NCBI GenBank assembly: GCA_001655205.1 | Contig: LPNZ01007335.1 | Span: forward strand, 4,189 to 68,188 | Length of the DNA stretch: 64,000 bases | Direction: 5' to 3' | Source of the DNA: Lenisia limosa | Lineage: Eukaryota; Protista; Breviatea | Part shown: in pieces, positions 23,963 to 36,697 of the stretch | How positions within the stretch are numbered: position 1 is the stretch's first letter | How the letters are laid out: each line of letters starts with the position of its first letter | The notes under the pieces: generated by a model | Seen by the model: only the letters and a program-made list of their open reading frames with translations | Told to the model about the DNA's origin: nothing | Databases searched by the model: none | Made by a program: the position numbers and the translations under genes

Positions 23963-25308
23963 ATGGCGAAGACACACAGAAAATCGTGGAGACCACTGTT
24001 AACAATGGTATATGAGCAAAGCGAGAGGCTTGCTTTCACTCTCTCTTTTTTTAACATCATCTCACCTAAAAAAGGATTTTTTTATTAGCCTCAAGTTCAC
24101 TACATAGATGAGCTGGTTTGTCAACAATTTAGTGGCTCTGATCTCAAGCTGAGAAGAAGGAACTACTCCTGTGGAAAGGGTGTGGATGGATTTTTCTTTG
24201 ATATGTTCAGTGATTCAAATATTTTTGTAAAACTAACATTCCAAAGATTTTATTCGATACCAAGAGCTTCCTACCTGGCCGAAAACATACCAGCACATCA
24301 AAGAAAATGAGTTGGAGGGAGCAAGAATACGGAATACCCTAATAGTTGGAGTTCATTAGTATTACTGATTTGAAGTGGTAAGGAAATTGATTTCTTTAGC
24401 CGTCCTCAAACGAAGTTTGTTGTGAACTCAAAGATAAACGAAAAGATATCCATTTGGGCTGGTTTGTTTATTTTCCTTCTTTTCCTCCTTAACAAGCAGT
24501 TATTAGCCTTTCCTCTTCACATTGCAGGTGGAGATAGTACTAAATTAGAGTGCGACGCAATTGTCAATGCAGCCAACTCCTCTCTTATGGGTGGCGGCGG
24601 GAGTAAGTTGATCTCAAGAGTGTCACATTTTAGTTGATGGGGCAATACATCGTGCAGCTGGAAGAGGACTCTCCAAATTTAACAGGTAAGTAGCAGGTAG
24701 TTGAAAGTTTTTATTGATGGGAGCTCTATTTACTTTACTCTGTAGTACCCTGAATGGGTGTGATGTCGGTGAATGCAAAGTATCACCTGGTTTTTACCTC
24801 CCAGCGCAGGTGGTTGGATTTCACTCTTCTTCTTATTTTCCATTTTTCACAAGGGGGAGGGGGTTCTTCACATTCACCTTCTAGGTTGTTTTGAGTACTG
24901 TTGGTCCTCAAGTCTACAGTCAACTGACTGACAGACACGAAAAGGCGTTAGAGAAATGCTACTCATCTATTCTTGAAACCGCTACTGAAGTCAATGCACG
25001 GTCTATTGCGTTCTGCTGTATTTCAACTGGCATCTACGGCTACCCTGGAGAAAAGGCTGCTGGGGTTTGTTGATGATAACAACGCGTTTATTCTTATGGG
25101 CACTTCTCCTCCACTTCTCACTGTTTGTAGACTGCACTTGGAGTATGTAGACGATGGCTTGATAAGGATGACAACGCAGACAAAGTGAGCCTTAAGTATA
25201 TTACTTCCCGTAATTCTTTAGGTTGATCGACTGATTTTTGTAACCTTCATGAGGAAAGACTACGACCTCTACATATCTCTGGCGAATGAGTATTTCCCCC
25301 TCAAATAA
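23963..25308 (+). CDS. MACROD: MacroD-type mono-ADP-ribosylhydrolase (macro domain)
   Basis: RRRNYSCGKDFIRYQELPTW (MacroD1-like N-region), [71 protein letters not shown]; TAA 25306-25308. Start codon uncertain. Confidence 0.93.
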
Positions 25309-25356
25309 ATGTTAAGAAATATAAACCACTGAATACAAGCTGTGTCTTAGTGAATC

Positions 25357-25448
25357 ATATCCAAGGTGCGGTTCAAATATCCAACATCCAACAATTTTTT
25401 TTTTTTTTGGATATATATGTTGGATATGTACACCAGACTGTTGGATAT
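25357..25448. repeat. Nested inverted repeat (ATATCCAA(CA) x3 / (TG)TTGGATAT x3) around a T-run; MITE/foldback-like
   Basis: Forward copies at ~25357, 25377 and 25386; reverse copies at ~25407, 25418 and 25439; intergenic between MacroD and the coiled-coil gene. Confidence 0.7.
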
Positions 25449-25821
25449 AAATAAAATCTTGTTTCAGAAAAAAATTTGGTGATGAGTTAGCGTTGTTGCA
25501 TATGGGGGGGGGGGCAACTTCTACCTATCTCTGCTTGAGTAGTTAGCTTTAATATTGATTGATCTCAATAGCACGTCAACTTTTAGAGAAGAGACTTATA
25601 TTGCGCATTTATCTGTCCTCAGAACTTTGCTTGCGGTTCCAAGGTATGCACTACGCAAATTATCGGTTAAATGATGACTTAAACAACATAGAAATATATT
25701 GTTTCATCTAAACCTGGTAAAAATTTCAAAAAAATTTATAGTTTATATATTTGGACCAGTACCAGACTCATATTATTTAGGCCTCAGTTGGGCCTCAGTT
25801 CGGCATTTACTCGTTGCCAAT

Positions 25822-28800
25822 ATGAGTGATGATGTAACTAAAGATAATAAAGATGGAATAGAGACTTTGGAAGGGCCTCCTAACGAGGTTATTGAAGAAC
25901 CTAGTAGTGTTGAAGTCGGGGAATTCAGTGGTCTTGAGAGTGATGAGGAAAACAAGGATAATGAGAAGCAAAGTGATGGGGAATCTCCAGTTGTTTCGCC
26001 TAGTGTTTCTCCCCCAGAATCCCCTCGGCTCTCTTCTCCCTCCCCAGAGGTTCAAAAAACCGTGGGAGAAGCGAATGAGGAACCACAAACAGAATCTACT
26101 GAACAGGTTTGTTTCCTTTCCCGTTGTTCTGTTGGTTATGATTTTGTTTGATTATTTAGAAGTTGGGTGACTCTTCTAAAGAAGAGATACAACTTGAACA
26201 AGAGCAGACTAGCGAAGAAGTTGAAGGCAGTGTAGAAGATAAGAAAAATATTGTAGATGCCTCAAGCACAGTTAACAAACAGGCTGAGTATGAGGACGAG
26301 GCCGGTGACGTTGTTGAGAATGAACCTGTCATTGAAGACATCAAACATAGTAAGCTTTCGCTAGCTTTTTCCTGTTTTAATCCGCTGCTCTAATACCCAG
26401 GTTCTCAGGAAAAAGATGAACAGGTTGATTCTTCTTCTGTTGAACTGGTATGCTGGACAAGGATGGGTTAACATTATTCACCTTTTTTGATTATGTTAAA
26501 TATTTCATGACTCTGTCTGAACGCTCTCCCTGAGCAATTGGAGCTTAACAGCGCGCAGACATCAGAAAAGACCGAGGATGAAGAGACTTTAGATACCACT
26601 GAGTACGACCAACAGCAGCCTGAAGCCAGTGATATGTCGCCCCAAGATAGCGAGGCTGATGCTCAACTCATCCGACAGGAGAGTGTCGAGAACCCATCCG
26701 ACTTGAAGGACCGTCCAAGGTCAAGAAGCAACAGCAGGTGCGTTTCACATCTGTCTTATCACTATTCAAGATCGGATAGGTCCCAGTCTCGCAGATCTTC
26801 TATTGTGGAAGAAATTCTCAGTTTTGAGCAATCTGCTCCTGTAGCTGCCTCACCCGATGCCGATAAACTCAGGATGCAGGTTAAGGAAGTAAGCTGCTTC
26901 TCCTTTGTGAAAACTGCGCTTGTTTGAAACAGTATCTAAACATGCCATACATCAGTACATAACACTTCTGGGCAACGTTTTCAAGTACATTAATATTTTA
27001 CACCACCAGACAGAGGCAAGAAGAGCTGCTGCTGTGTCCGCTCAAATGCAAGCAGTTCAAGAGCGAGATGACATGGTCAAGGAAAGAGACAATCTCCTTA
27101 GGAAAATTAGGTACGTCACCTTAAATAGTCTCACAACGTAGTGGATTGGAGCAGAGTTTAGAGCATGAGAAGACGAGTTCATCACAAGTGAGAATGGGAT
27201 CAACCTTGATATCTAACTGTTAGACCCAACAAGATTGCGCTGAAATGGAAAAGTTAAAGTCAGAATGGAACAGACGCGCGACCGAAGCTGAAAAGGTTTG
27301 AAAATACTGGTATTGGATTGTGGGGTTCAGCCAGCTCATGAAATGACGTTTTAGAAAGCACAGGAGTTGACTGAAAATGCTGCAGCCAGCGACACAGTGA
27401 ACCGTGACAAAATCCTAATTCTTGAGAAGGAGCTTTCCACAGCCAACTCAATGCTGGAGGACGAAGTATCTCTGGTGGGGGGATGGAGGGTGGCGGATGG
27501 ATTGCGTGATGTTTAGCAACATAGTTTAACTTTCATAGAGAAAAGAGTTGGAGGAGAAAAACAGAAACGCCGAATTAGAGATTGTTGATATTCGAGCAAA
27601 GCTTCGAGAGGTAGGCAAGTTGTATTTGTCACAATGTTAACTATTTTTTGTTGAGGTAGATGCCCACGTTGGTTTTTCTTAGCACCTTCCAATATATAAC
27701 ACAAAATTTCCTTTGCCCCCCCCCCCCCNNNNNNNNNNNNNNNNNNNNNNNNNNNNNNNNNNNNNNNNNNNNNNNNNNNNNNNNNNNNNNNNNNNNNNNN
27801 NNNNNNNNNCTCCCTCCAGGATGAAACCCGGGATGGGCTTCGTTTGGAGTTCTTGACAAGAGCTGAGACAGACTGCTCCATTGCCAATAAGAAATTAGCC
27901 GAAGCCGAGGCCAAGGTCTGTACTACTCTTGCTGTTGAATGTTTTGTCACCGTCCAGAGAGAGGTTTCTGAGGACCGTCTACGTAGTGAAGAGGTCGAAA
28001 GAATGAAGGCAGTCACAGGTTTGTTTTCAGCTATCCCTAATTCCTATGACGTTCAGCACTAGAAAAGGAGCGGCTGAAGAGTGCAGACCTCGAGCAGACT
28101 CGCGAGCGGCTTGAGGCTGACCTGGCAGCAGCCGACCAGAGGATCCGCGAGGAGATGAAGGAAAGAGCCATGGTTGAAAGGGCCCATGCCGACAAGGAGC
28201 GTGACCGTCTCAAGTTGTCGTCTCAGATTGAGCAAGAAAGGAATCGCATGGATACAGTGAGAGGGGCAAATATATTTTGTGTTTGCTTGGGTGAATGTTG
28301 CCTTTGACATTTCAGATGAAGGCAGAAATTGAGAGAAAAGAACAGAAAGTTCGGCAGCTTCGAGCTAAGTATTGGGGATTTCCTTTTTGGGCTTTATTTT
28401 CACCCTTGGCAAAATGACGGAGCAGGGTGGATTCATTGGAGGAGTCGCGTTCACAATTAGAGAGCGCTAAAGCGGATCTCAATAACCAGCTCTTCCAGGC
28501 GAGAAGGTAGAGTGGCTGGTGGTATTGTGGATTTCCTTTTGTGGAAACGAACCTCCTGACTCTGCAGCACGCATGACAGGGATATGGACACAGCTGAGGC
28601 CAAATTGAAGGCTGAAGTTGACCACAGGTATGTCGTGTTCACATGTATATTCTGCTAAAAATTGGTTTTGGGGGCCTTTTTACTACCAAGGCACTCTTTT
28701 TAATTATTTAGGGAGTCAATCATCCAAACACGCAATGCCTTGGATTCTGATCTTGTTGCTACCAAAAAGAAACTTCATGAAGAAGTCAGAAGGCGAGAAT

Positions 28801-31800
28801 TGGCTGAAGACCAAAATCAAATCGTTGGGGGGGGGGGGGGGNNNNNNNNNNNNNNNNNNNNNNNNNNNNNNNNNNNNNNNNNNNNNNNNNNNNNNNNNNN
28901 NNNNNNNNNNNNNNNNNNNNNNNNNNNNNNNNNNNNNNNNNNNNNNNNNNNNNNNNNNNNNNNNNNNAGGACTTGGCCAGTAGCACAGACACAAGAGCCA
29001 CGGCTGAGGGTCGACTTGGCGCTCTCGAGGAAGTCCATGAAGCAACAAGAAAGGTTTCAGCTTTATATATCGTTTCTCACGTTTAAGGCGTTAGAGAAGA
29101 CCACTCACAAGTTTGAGGCTGAACAGCTCAAAACTGCCCAATTGGAGAAAGATTTGACGGTAAGCTAGGCTACATTGAGTGGGGGCTGCTCAATCTATTG
29201 AACGTGATTAGGCACGAATCGAGCTAACGGACGAGCAAGCTGGACGCCTCACCTATTTAGAAGAAGTTCGAATTAAGGTCGGTAGAATAGTCACAGTGTG
29301 AAGATCATTTGCAACATATGATAATATAGTTATTATATTATGTTACTATAATATACATATCATATACTATATGCATATGATATGATATTAATAGTTTACA
29401 TGTCGTACTATTGGGGCTTTTTTTCGAAGTACTTAAAATGTCGGATTTTAAAACCTAGTCTAAAGAGCGATGGTGTTCACTTAGGTGGTGTATACAAGAC
29501 TGTCNNNNNNNNNNNNNNNNNNNNNNNNNNNNNNNNNNNNNNNNNNNNNNNNNNNNNNNNNNNNNNNNNNNNNNNNNNNNNNNNNNNNNNNNNNNNNNNN
29601 NNNNNNNNCTACCAAAGAAAAAATGTAGATGTATCTATCGGTACCTTTATCCCAGCTTCTGATAGCTGTAGTATGAAGTTCAAACTCAGTCCCTTGAGGA
29701 GGAGGTCCTTCAAAGAAAAAATGCCCAAGCAAACATCTACCTTCTTCAGACTTCGGTGGATAGTGTGAGCTGGCGGCTTCCATCAGTTTTAAGAGCAATA
29801 ATTATATTGACCCATTTTCCAGACTCTTGAGCGCCTTGACGCCGAAACTAGAGCTTTGAAGGCCTGTGAAACTCGGAACAAGTCTCTCCAGGAAAACAAC
29901 GATGCTTTAAAGAATAAAGTTTGTATTGTCTCTTTTGTCGTTTTCTTAGCTCCATAGCTGAACTCTTCATCGGGCCAATCCCATGCTGCCGCGCTCCAAG
30001 TGGCTGACAAGAGCAAGATCATCGATGGGTTCAGAGAAAACGAAACCAGGCTGAAGACCGAAATCGACAGTAGGTGGCACCAAATGCTGCGTTTTTGACT
30101 CGACAGGCATGCAGAGTAGGCTGAGACAGATTGAGGCTCAGAAGCTGGAGTTGTTGGAAGATCGGAAGAGATCAGAAAGTGATGTCGCTACCGCCAATGT
30201 GAGCCATACTTTGGTTAAATGAATACCATATTGGAGATCTAATGGTCAGGTACGAAATGTTGCGTTGCAAGAGAGGTCAGATCAGCTCTCTAAGTCGCTA
30301 CGTGATTTGAAGGTAGGAGTTAACTCAGTTGAATTGCTCTAATGGTCCAGTCTGAAGTGGTGGAGTTGAAGGCCGAAAACAGCTCGCTCAAGGAAGCAAT
30401 TGAAGTTGAGGCTGCAAAGGTAGCGAAGTACAAGAGAAAACGCCTTCGTAACAAGGTTCGCAGCAGGAATTAGGTCTTTCAGTTTGAGTTCCAACTGTTC
30501 TTCTTTATTGTTTTGCTTTTTCTAGATAGACGACAAGTACGCCAGTATATATATCATATTAATTTTCATTGTAATGGACCTCCCTCAGGACGACACAATG
30601 TCGAACGCAAGTGACTGGAAAGCTCGCTTGGCATCCCTAGAAGCCAGTACAGCTCATAGTGATGAGGCCAGAGAGAAGGCGGAGAAGGAATGTGATGAAG
30701 CTTGGTACCAATGTGAAAAAGCCAAAAAGAAGAACAAGGTAGGCCACTTGAAGGATGGCCAACTTATTGTTCAGGAACTTCTTCGTAAGTATGCCAAGTT
30801 AGAGGAAACTCTGAATGACCAGAAAGACAAAGTCAATCGGGCTGAAGGAGGTTTGTTTCTTCTAAATTCAATCATTTTAACCCTCCCAGAAATTGACAGC
30901 GGCCGGAAAGAAGCACTGTCTCAAAACCGTGAACTTCTGGCTCGCCTTCACGATGTGAGTTTCGTATTCTCAGTCCTGTTTTTTTTGGACAAGAAAATTA
31001 AATAAATCGAGGGAAACATGAGAATACAAAGGGATACCACAAACAAATCACCATAAATATTGCGGAAAGCCTTCCCCCTCACACCAGGTTTCGCCATCTT
31101 ACGATTCAGGCTGAGGAGGTGACGGCACGGCTGCAAAGCGAGCTGCAGGAACACCGCCGTCTTCTACACAGTGCCCGCAGCGGCCGGCAAGCGGCTGTTG
31201 AGGACTCTAAGACCGAACGGTTGGTGGCTTTTGGATGGCCTGCAATTTCAATTTCTGTTTTCTCCGTTTGTACGAAGCAACAACATTACGCACCCCAGGG
31301 ATTCCAGTCACCAGAAGCTGATGGAGCTTGAAGGGGTCATTGTCGGGCTGAGAGAGAAGTACGCACAAGCTTCACGTTCGAAGACAAGGCTGACATCAGG
31401 TAGGGCGTTACTCCGATTTGAAACGATTCCTAATGTTTATGGTCTGATCTTTGATTTGACATTTTCACTTGATTTAGCGCTCAACCGCGCGCAAGATGAC
31501 GCCAAAGAAAACGAAGTCAAGGCCGGCCTCGAAAAACAGAAGGTAACTCGAGCTTCTGGATTGAGAGCATTCTTATTTAAAAAATGAGACTAATCTATTA
31601 GGCTCATAGATTGCGAGTTCGATTCGAAGACCTCCAGCAAAGATATGACAGACTGAAGGTGATATTTGGGCTGCCGTGGTTGTTATATCTGGTGTTGTTT
31701 CTGACTTCATGACTTCTGCAGAAACGCCTTGTTCCCACTGGGCCACAAACAGACATGTACGGCACCCCGCTTCCGGTATGTTTGCTTGGTCAATACCTGG

Positions 31801-32032
31801 TAGCAGAATGAAATCTGATGACTAACACTTGCAGACATCAGCTCGAATGGTGTACCCCCCAGGAACCGAAGATATGGACGCGCCCCTCGCTGCCATTGAG
31901 GCCGAGCTCAAGGTCGGAGAAAGGGGCTCTAGAGGAGAGTATTGGAAGCAATATTATGATAAAATACTGATAATACAGGCGCTCCGTATGTCGGGGGATC
32001 TAGATCCTGAAGAAGGAGAGACCCAGTCTTAA
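25822..32032 (+). CDS. Large acidic N-terminus + long coiled-coil protein, family unassigned
   Basis: Starts MSDDVTKDNKDG. The multi-exon chain is E/K/R/Q/L-rich and heptad-like (e.g. EARRAAAVSAQMQAVQERDDMVKERDNLLRKIR; LESRSQLESAKADLNNQLFQAR) and ends ...ALRMSGDLDPEEGETQS* at 32030-32032. Confidence 0.8.
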
Positions 32033-32938
32033 GTGTAAAGTAGTGTGGTGTATATTAGGTATTTATCCCATTTCTTGTTGAGAGATGTATTCGTTTATAG
32101 CTTTTTAATTGGAGAGTAGGGATGAGGTTTATACTTCTTGATAGAAAAAGAATAATTCATAATAATAACAAAACTACTGCACACTAAATACCCTAGATTC
32201 CTATGATTCTTCCAACTCATCCACACACTTTGAAGACAGAAGCTGAAGAGACTCAATCCATGTTTTCTTGTCAGAAACGTTCAGAGCCACGAAATAGACT
32301 TCATCAACCTAAAGAATCAATTTTTTAGTTAACATGAATTTTGGGAAAATAAATAGATATTACATTCTGTGGAAACGCCAACCTGTCCGCTCAACGTCAC
32401 TGGTTTACCAACAACGCCACTTGGGGGGAACCCAACCTGAATTGTCAATGCATGACTCCACCCTTCCCCAACTTGTGTTATTCTTACCTTTTTTTAATAT
32501 CAACCCCCCCACAGTGATAGAAAACGCAAGACCACGAACATCCTCTTCTGTGGCCAATTTCGGCTCGGAGTTGACTCCCAAGACAGAGGCAATTCGACGG
32601 TTTCGGCCTTATCGGTCAAAAAAGGCACTTTGCAATTAACTCACCAGCCATGGCCTCGCACTGCGATTTGCCCCATGCCACCACGCCCGGGGCGGGGAGA
32701 AGGGCCAAATGTCTGTCATGACGCTTGCCCCGACCTGATTCTGTCAAACATGGGGCTGCACTTCGGAACAAAAAGAGGGGAAATGTCGATGAAATTCCTT
32801 TTTTGACGTGGGGGGGGGGGGTTATGAAAAACTCTGGCTCATATTTTGATACGTTGTGAGGGTTTGAAAACACCAAAATAAACAAAGCCCGGACCAGTCG
32901 CTTATGTAGAGGGGGTATTTGGCGAGCCTCATTGCTTT

Positions 32939-35900
32939 TTACTTATCCAGCTTACTTCGTTTGGTGTACTTTGACACCATACGGCCGCCCTTGAACCTGG
33001 CCATCAGGTCGTCGAAACGGGATCGGTCGTCTTCCAGCAGATAATCAGCGTACTTCTTAGCGCGTGCTTGCGGCGATGAAGGGGGGCTGTGGACTGGGGT
33101 CGTGACTAGAGAAATGAGTGAATCCAGGTCATGGCAACCTGGAGGAGGAAGTGGACTGGTTTCGCTGATTTTCAGGTTTTCTTGATTAAGCTCCGTCTGA
33201 CTTTCGTCAAGCTCAACATCGTGCTGCTCTTCCGGAAGGCTGTCATCCTGGTCCTGGGGGGTATAAATGTGTGTATGGGGGGGAGGGGGTCATTCCGGGT
33301 TGTTAGAATCCTCACTTCAGGAGGGGTGTCATGCAGCGCGGCGCGCGAGGCTTGGGTTGACCGCATATATCGGGGAAGCTCCTTTCTGCCGGGTTAATTG
33401 AGAGACTATGGAAGAGACCCACTCTTTCTTGGCAGCTTTGGTGTCGCCTTGGTTTCTGTCCGTGGTCTTCCTTGACGATCGCTTCAAAGCATCCTGGGCC
33501 TAATGGTCAATTCTTCAGTTTACTCAAAACAAAAACTATTCTCCAGTTCCATCAACCACGATTTACCACCCACCTTTTTCTTAAGCTCAGCGTGACGATT
33601 TACCACCCACCTTTTTCTTGAGCTCAGCTTGACGATTGGCAATGTCATTCTTTTGCTTCTGTTTTGTTGTCGATGCTGGGGTGGTGCCCACCTTACGCCA
33701 TACTGTGAGGTGTTAGCCCAGCCTTATATTGTGGGCTGAGGCTGAGGGGGTATTGAAAGTGTGGTGATGGAACACAATAAAGCTGTCAACATGTCATGTA
33801 ACACCTCAAGAACGTTGCAATAGCTAAATACCTTTTTGTTTCCTTGGTGGATGATGTGCTTCAGACTGCTGACTGCTTTTCTATCAAGTAAAGATTGCAC
33901 CAATGAATGTGATAAGCAGACACTTTGATGCCCATTTACTGTTTTGCTCTGAAGTGGCGCTTGCGCCTGCGTATTGCGCCGCGGTGCTACTGTGCCGTGA
34001 AGGAAAGCAAAATCGGAATGAAGCAAGCTTAATACACCAATACCCCCAACCTGGACTGGCATCAGCCTGAGAAACACTGTCCCAGGGCGTTGCATCACCT
34101 TCAGGACTGAAAGGCGAAGGATTCGCATCTGAGAGTGAGACGCAAGCCTTGCGTGGAGCCTACCGCGGTTGTTTGTTTGCTTCCGAGCCAAATGTCGTCG
34201 GATGTCCATTGACCGGTCTGGGCCAGCGGCAAAGGGCAGAACACCGTGCCTCGAGGACCCACTGGTACCCCGACCTGAAGGTGTGAACGGCTGCCGTTGC
34301 AAAGTGCCTTTATTTCATATTTAAGGTACCAATAAACCACTTTTTGAAACTAAAGCAAAATGGAGAAATGGAGAAAAGTAACACCATATTATTTGTTTGT
34401 TTGTTTGGGTGGAAGGGCATTGTTCTCTATCCAATGCAGAGCAGATTTCATTCAAAACCACGCACTTGGAGAATCAACAGCCGGCGGAAGAGGGGGGTCC
34501 GCCGCCCAGAAGTCATCAGGTCCTGAGGATTAGCAAAGGCAAACCTATTGATGTGTAACAAAATTCCAAAATTTCATGAGCTATAAAAATTCAAATAATA
34601 AACCCTGTGTCCCCTTTCAGCCTACCTTGTAAGGACTCCCATAATCGGGATATGGGCCCTGAGGCTATTGAGAAGTTGTCCTCCATATTGGCCCAATCAT
34701 CAAAAGTTCCTGGAGTATAACAAAACAGTAACATTCCAATTATGTAGAAGGTTTTAGAAAATTTAGTAGATAATCGAGCAATATCATACCCAAGTTGGCA
34801 GTACTGAACTGGGGGTTGCCTTGGCGTGTGAGGGCAGCAAAAAGAGATGTTTCTTTCTTGTGCTGCTTTCGTGCCAGGCGCCGCAACTATGAATGTCAAT
34901 AAAAAAGTTGTTTTCATGTTGATCAAAAACAGTGCTTCCTGTCACCTCATCAACAGAAGAAGCAGGGCCATTTTGCTGCCATTCCTGTGTATCCTCTTCC
35001 TGTGTGTGTCAGATCAATTGATAAGACAAACCTTGAAGCGAAGGTGAGCAAGCCTTGCCTCCACGTCATCCCACATATTGAAGTCAATTGCGTCACTTGC
35101 CTGCAAGGGTCATGCTGTAAATAGCTACGATACAGTAAATATATAGGTATTAACCCCCCCCCCCCCTACTGCAATATAAGGGTTAAATGGTGAAGGTACC
35201 CATTTTGACTGCTGAGAATCCTCTTCAATTCGAGGCTTGGGGGGCTGAACAGGATGCAGTTCCTACAAATTAAGCCTCAATATAGCAGGCAATTCCTTTC
35301 ACTATCCCAAACCCACTTCGACAGACGAGCTTTGCACTTTAGAGAAAGCGGATCCGCCATTCTGTGACAGAACTGCCACTTTTTCTTTCGGTGATTGGAA
35401 AGCGACATCCTCCTTCACTGGCGTGGGGAAGTTGTCATCGTTCTCAGAGGCGACTGGCTCTGTGGGCGGGGCTGCAGGGTTAGAAGCAAAGGGGACTCGC
35501 CAACTTGGAAGGGGTTTGTTGGATTTCGGAGTTGGCGTTGGGGGGAGCGGTTTCGAGGGCANNNNNNNNNNNNNNNNNNNNNNNNNNNNNNNNNNNNNNN
35601 NNNNNNNNNNNNNNNNNNNNNNNNNNNNNNNNNNNNNNNNNNNNNNNNNNNNNNNNNNNNNNNNNNNNNNNNNNNNNNNNNNNNNNNNCATGATAATAAA
35701 GTCAACAGAATTTCCCATTAGAATCTAAGGTGACATCGCAGCAAACCTGTGGAGGGGAAGAAGGCCTTGGAGCCTCAACTCTCGGGTTCAACTCCTCATC
35801 GTCGATAGGCAGTGGGAGCGAAGATGTCGACACAGCTGGCGGGCTTTCAGCCTCAATATTCTCCTGGTCGGCTTGCTCCTTGCGCGCTACCTCCTGGAGA

Positions 35901-36511
35901 AGACTCAGCTCTTCGTCCACCTTATTACGCGTTGGAGATATAGGTTCATTGTTCTTAGTTGGGCTTGGGCTTCTTGATTTCTCTTTGACATCCTCTTGTA
36001 CACCTTGATCGTGACTGTCACTCTCCTTTGGGTCTTCCTTATCTCGTACCCTTTCACGCTCTTGACGCGCCCGCTTCTCTTCCTTCCGTTGCCTCCTTTC
36101 CTCTCGGGATTCATCATGCCGACGATGGGATCGCTTAGAATCAGGGCTGTGTCGGCGAGACCGACGCTTCTCACTTCTTTCCTTTTTCTCGGCCCTCTCA
36201 TACTTGTCTTTCCTGCGTCTGTCGTCCGGGCTCAGTGAACGCCGGCGATCTTGGGATGAGTCTCTTCTATAGTAGTCATCCTCAGGTGAAGGGCTTCTGT
36301 GTCGCTGACGAGAGCTTCGGTCGCTGTGTGCAGAGGAGTGTCTGTCGTGACGGTTGTGGCGATCATGGGAACTCGAGTGAGAGTGCGAGGGCTTCCTTCT
36401 ATCTTTAGAATGTCCTTTTTTAGACCTATGAGTCCGTGGGCGGGAAGGCTGCTCGTTATCGCTGTTCTTTTCATAATCATGATAATCCGGGTCCTCTCGT
36501 GAGGAACCCAT
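32939..36511 (-). CDS. Uncharacterised protein with N-terminal RS/RD/H-rich low-complexity domain
   Basis: 269-aa first exon (MGSSREDPDY...RHRSPSPEDDYYRRDSSQDRRRSLSPDD), Pro-rich exon, central globular-looking exons, and C-terminus ARAKKYADYLLEDDRSRFDDLMARFKGGR...SKLDK* (32939-32941). Internal frames at ~33700-34450 are ambiguous. Confidence 0.7.
33558..33637 (-). repeat. 37-bp tandem duplication spanning an exon/intron donor
   Basis: ACGATTTACCACCCACCTTTTTCTT(A/G)AGCTCAGC(G/T)TG occurs at 33558 and 33595; on the minus strand each copy contains AAAAAG|GTGGGT. Confidence 0.9.
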
Positions 36512-36697
36512 CTTACTTCAAAATAATAACACAATAACTTGTGACAACCTAACCTTATGCAAAATCGCCAAATTTTTATTTTCTCTAAATAAAAAGAGAA
36601 CATGGGGGTTCCTCTGTAACACATGCCTTTTCCTTCCCGTGGAGAACAAAGCCTGCCCAGGCACCCAGGAAAGCAAATAAGGAAATAAGGAATCAAT

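Noticed and set aside
33724-34302. BTB/POZ domain in the 192-aa ORF (HSDFAF...GHQSVCLSHS)
   Set aside because: Those words fall in segments that look like ordinary GT-AG introns (e.g. GTTGGG...GGCACAG); the spliced alternative is low-complexity.
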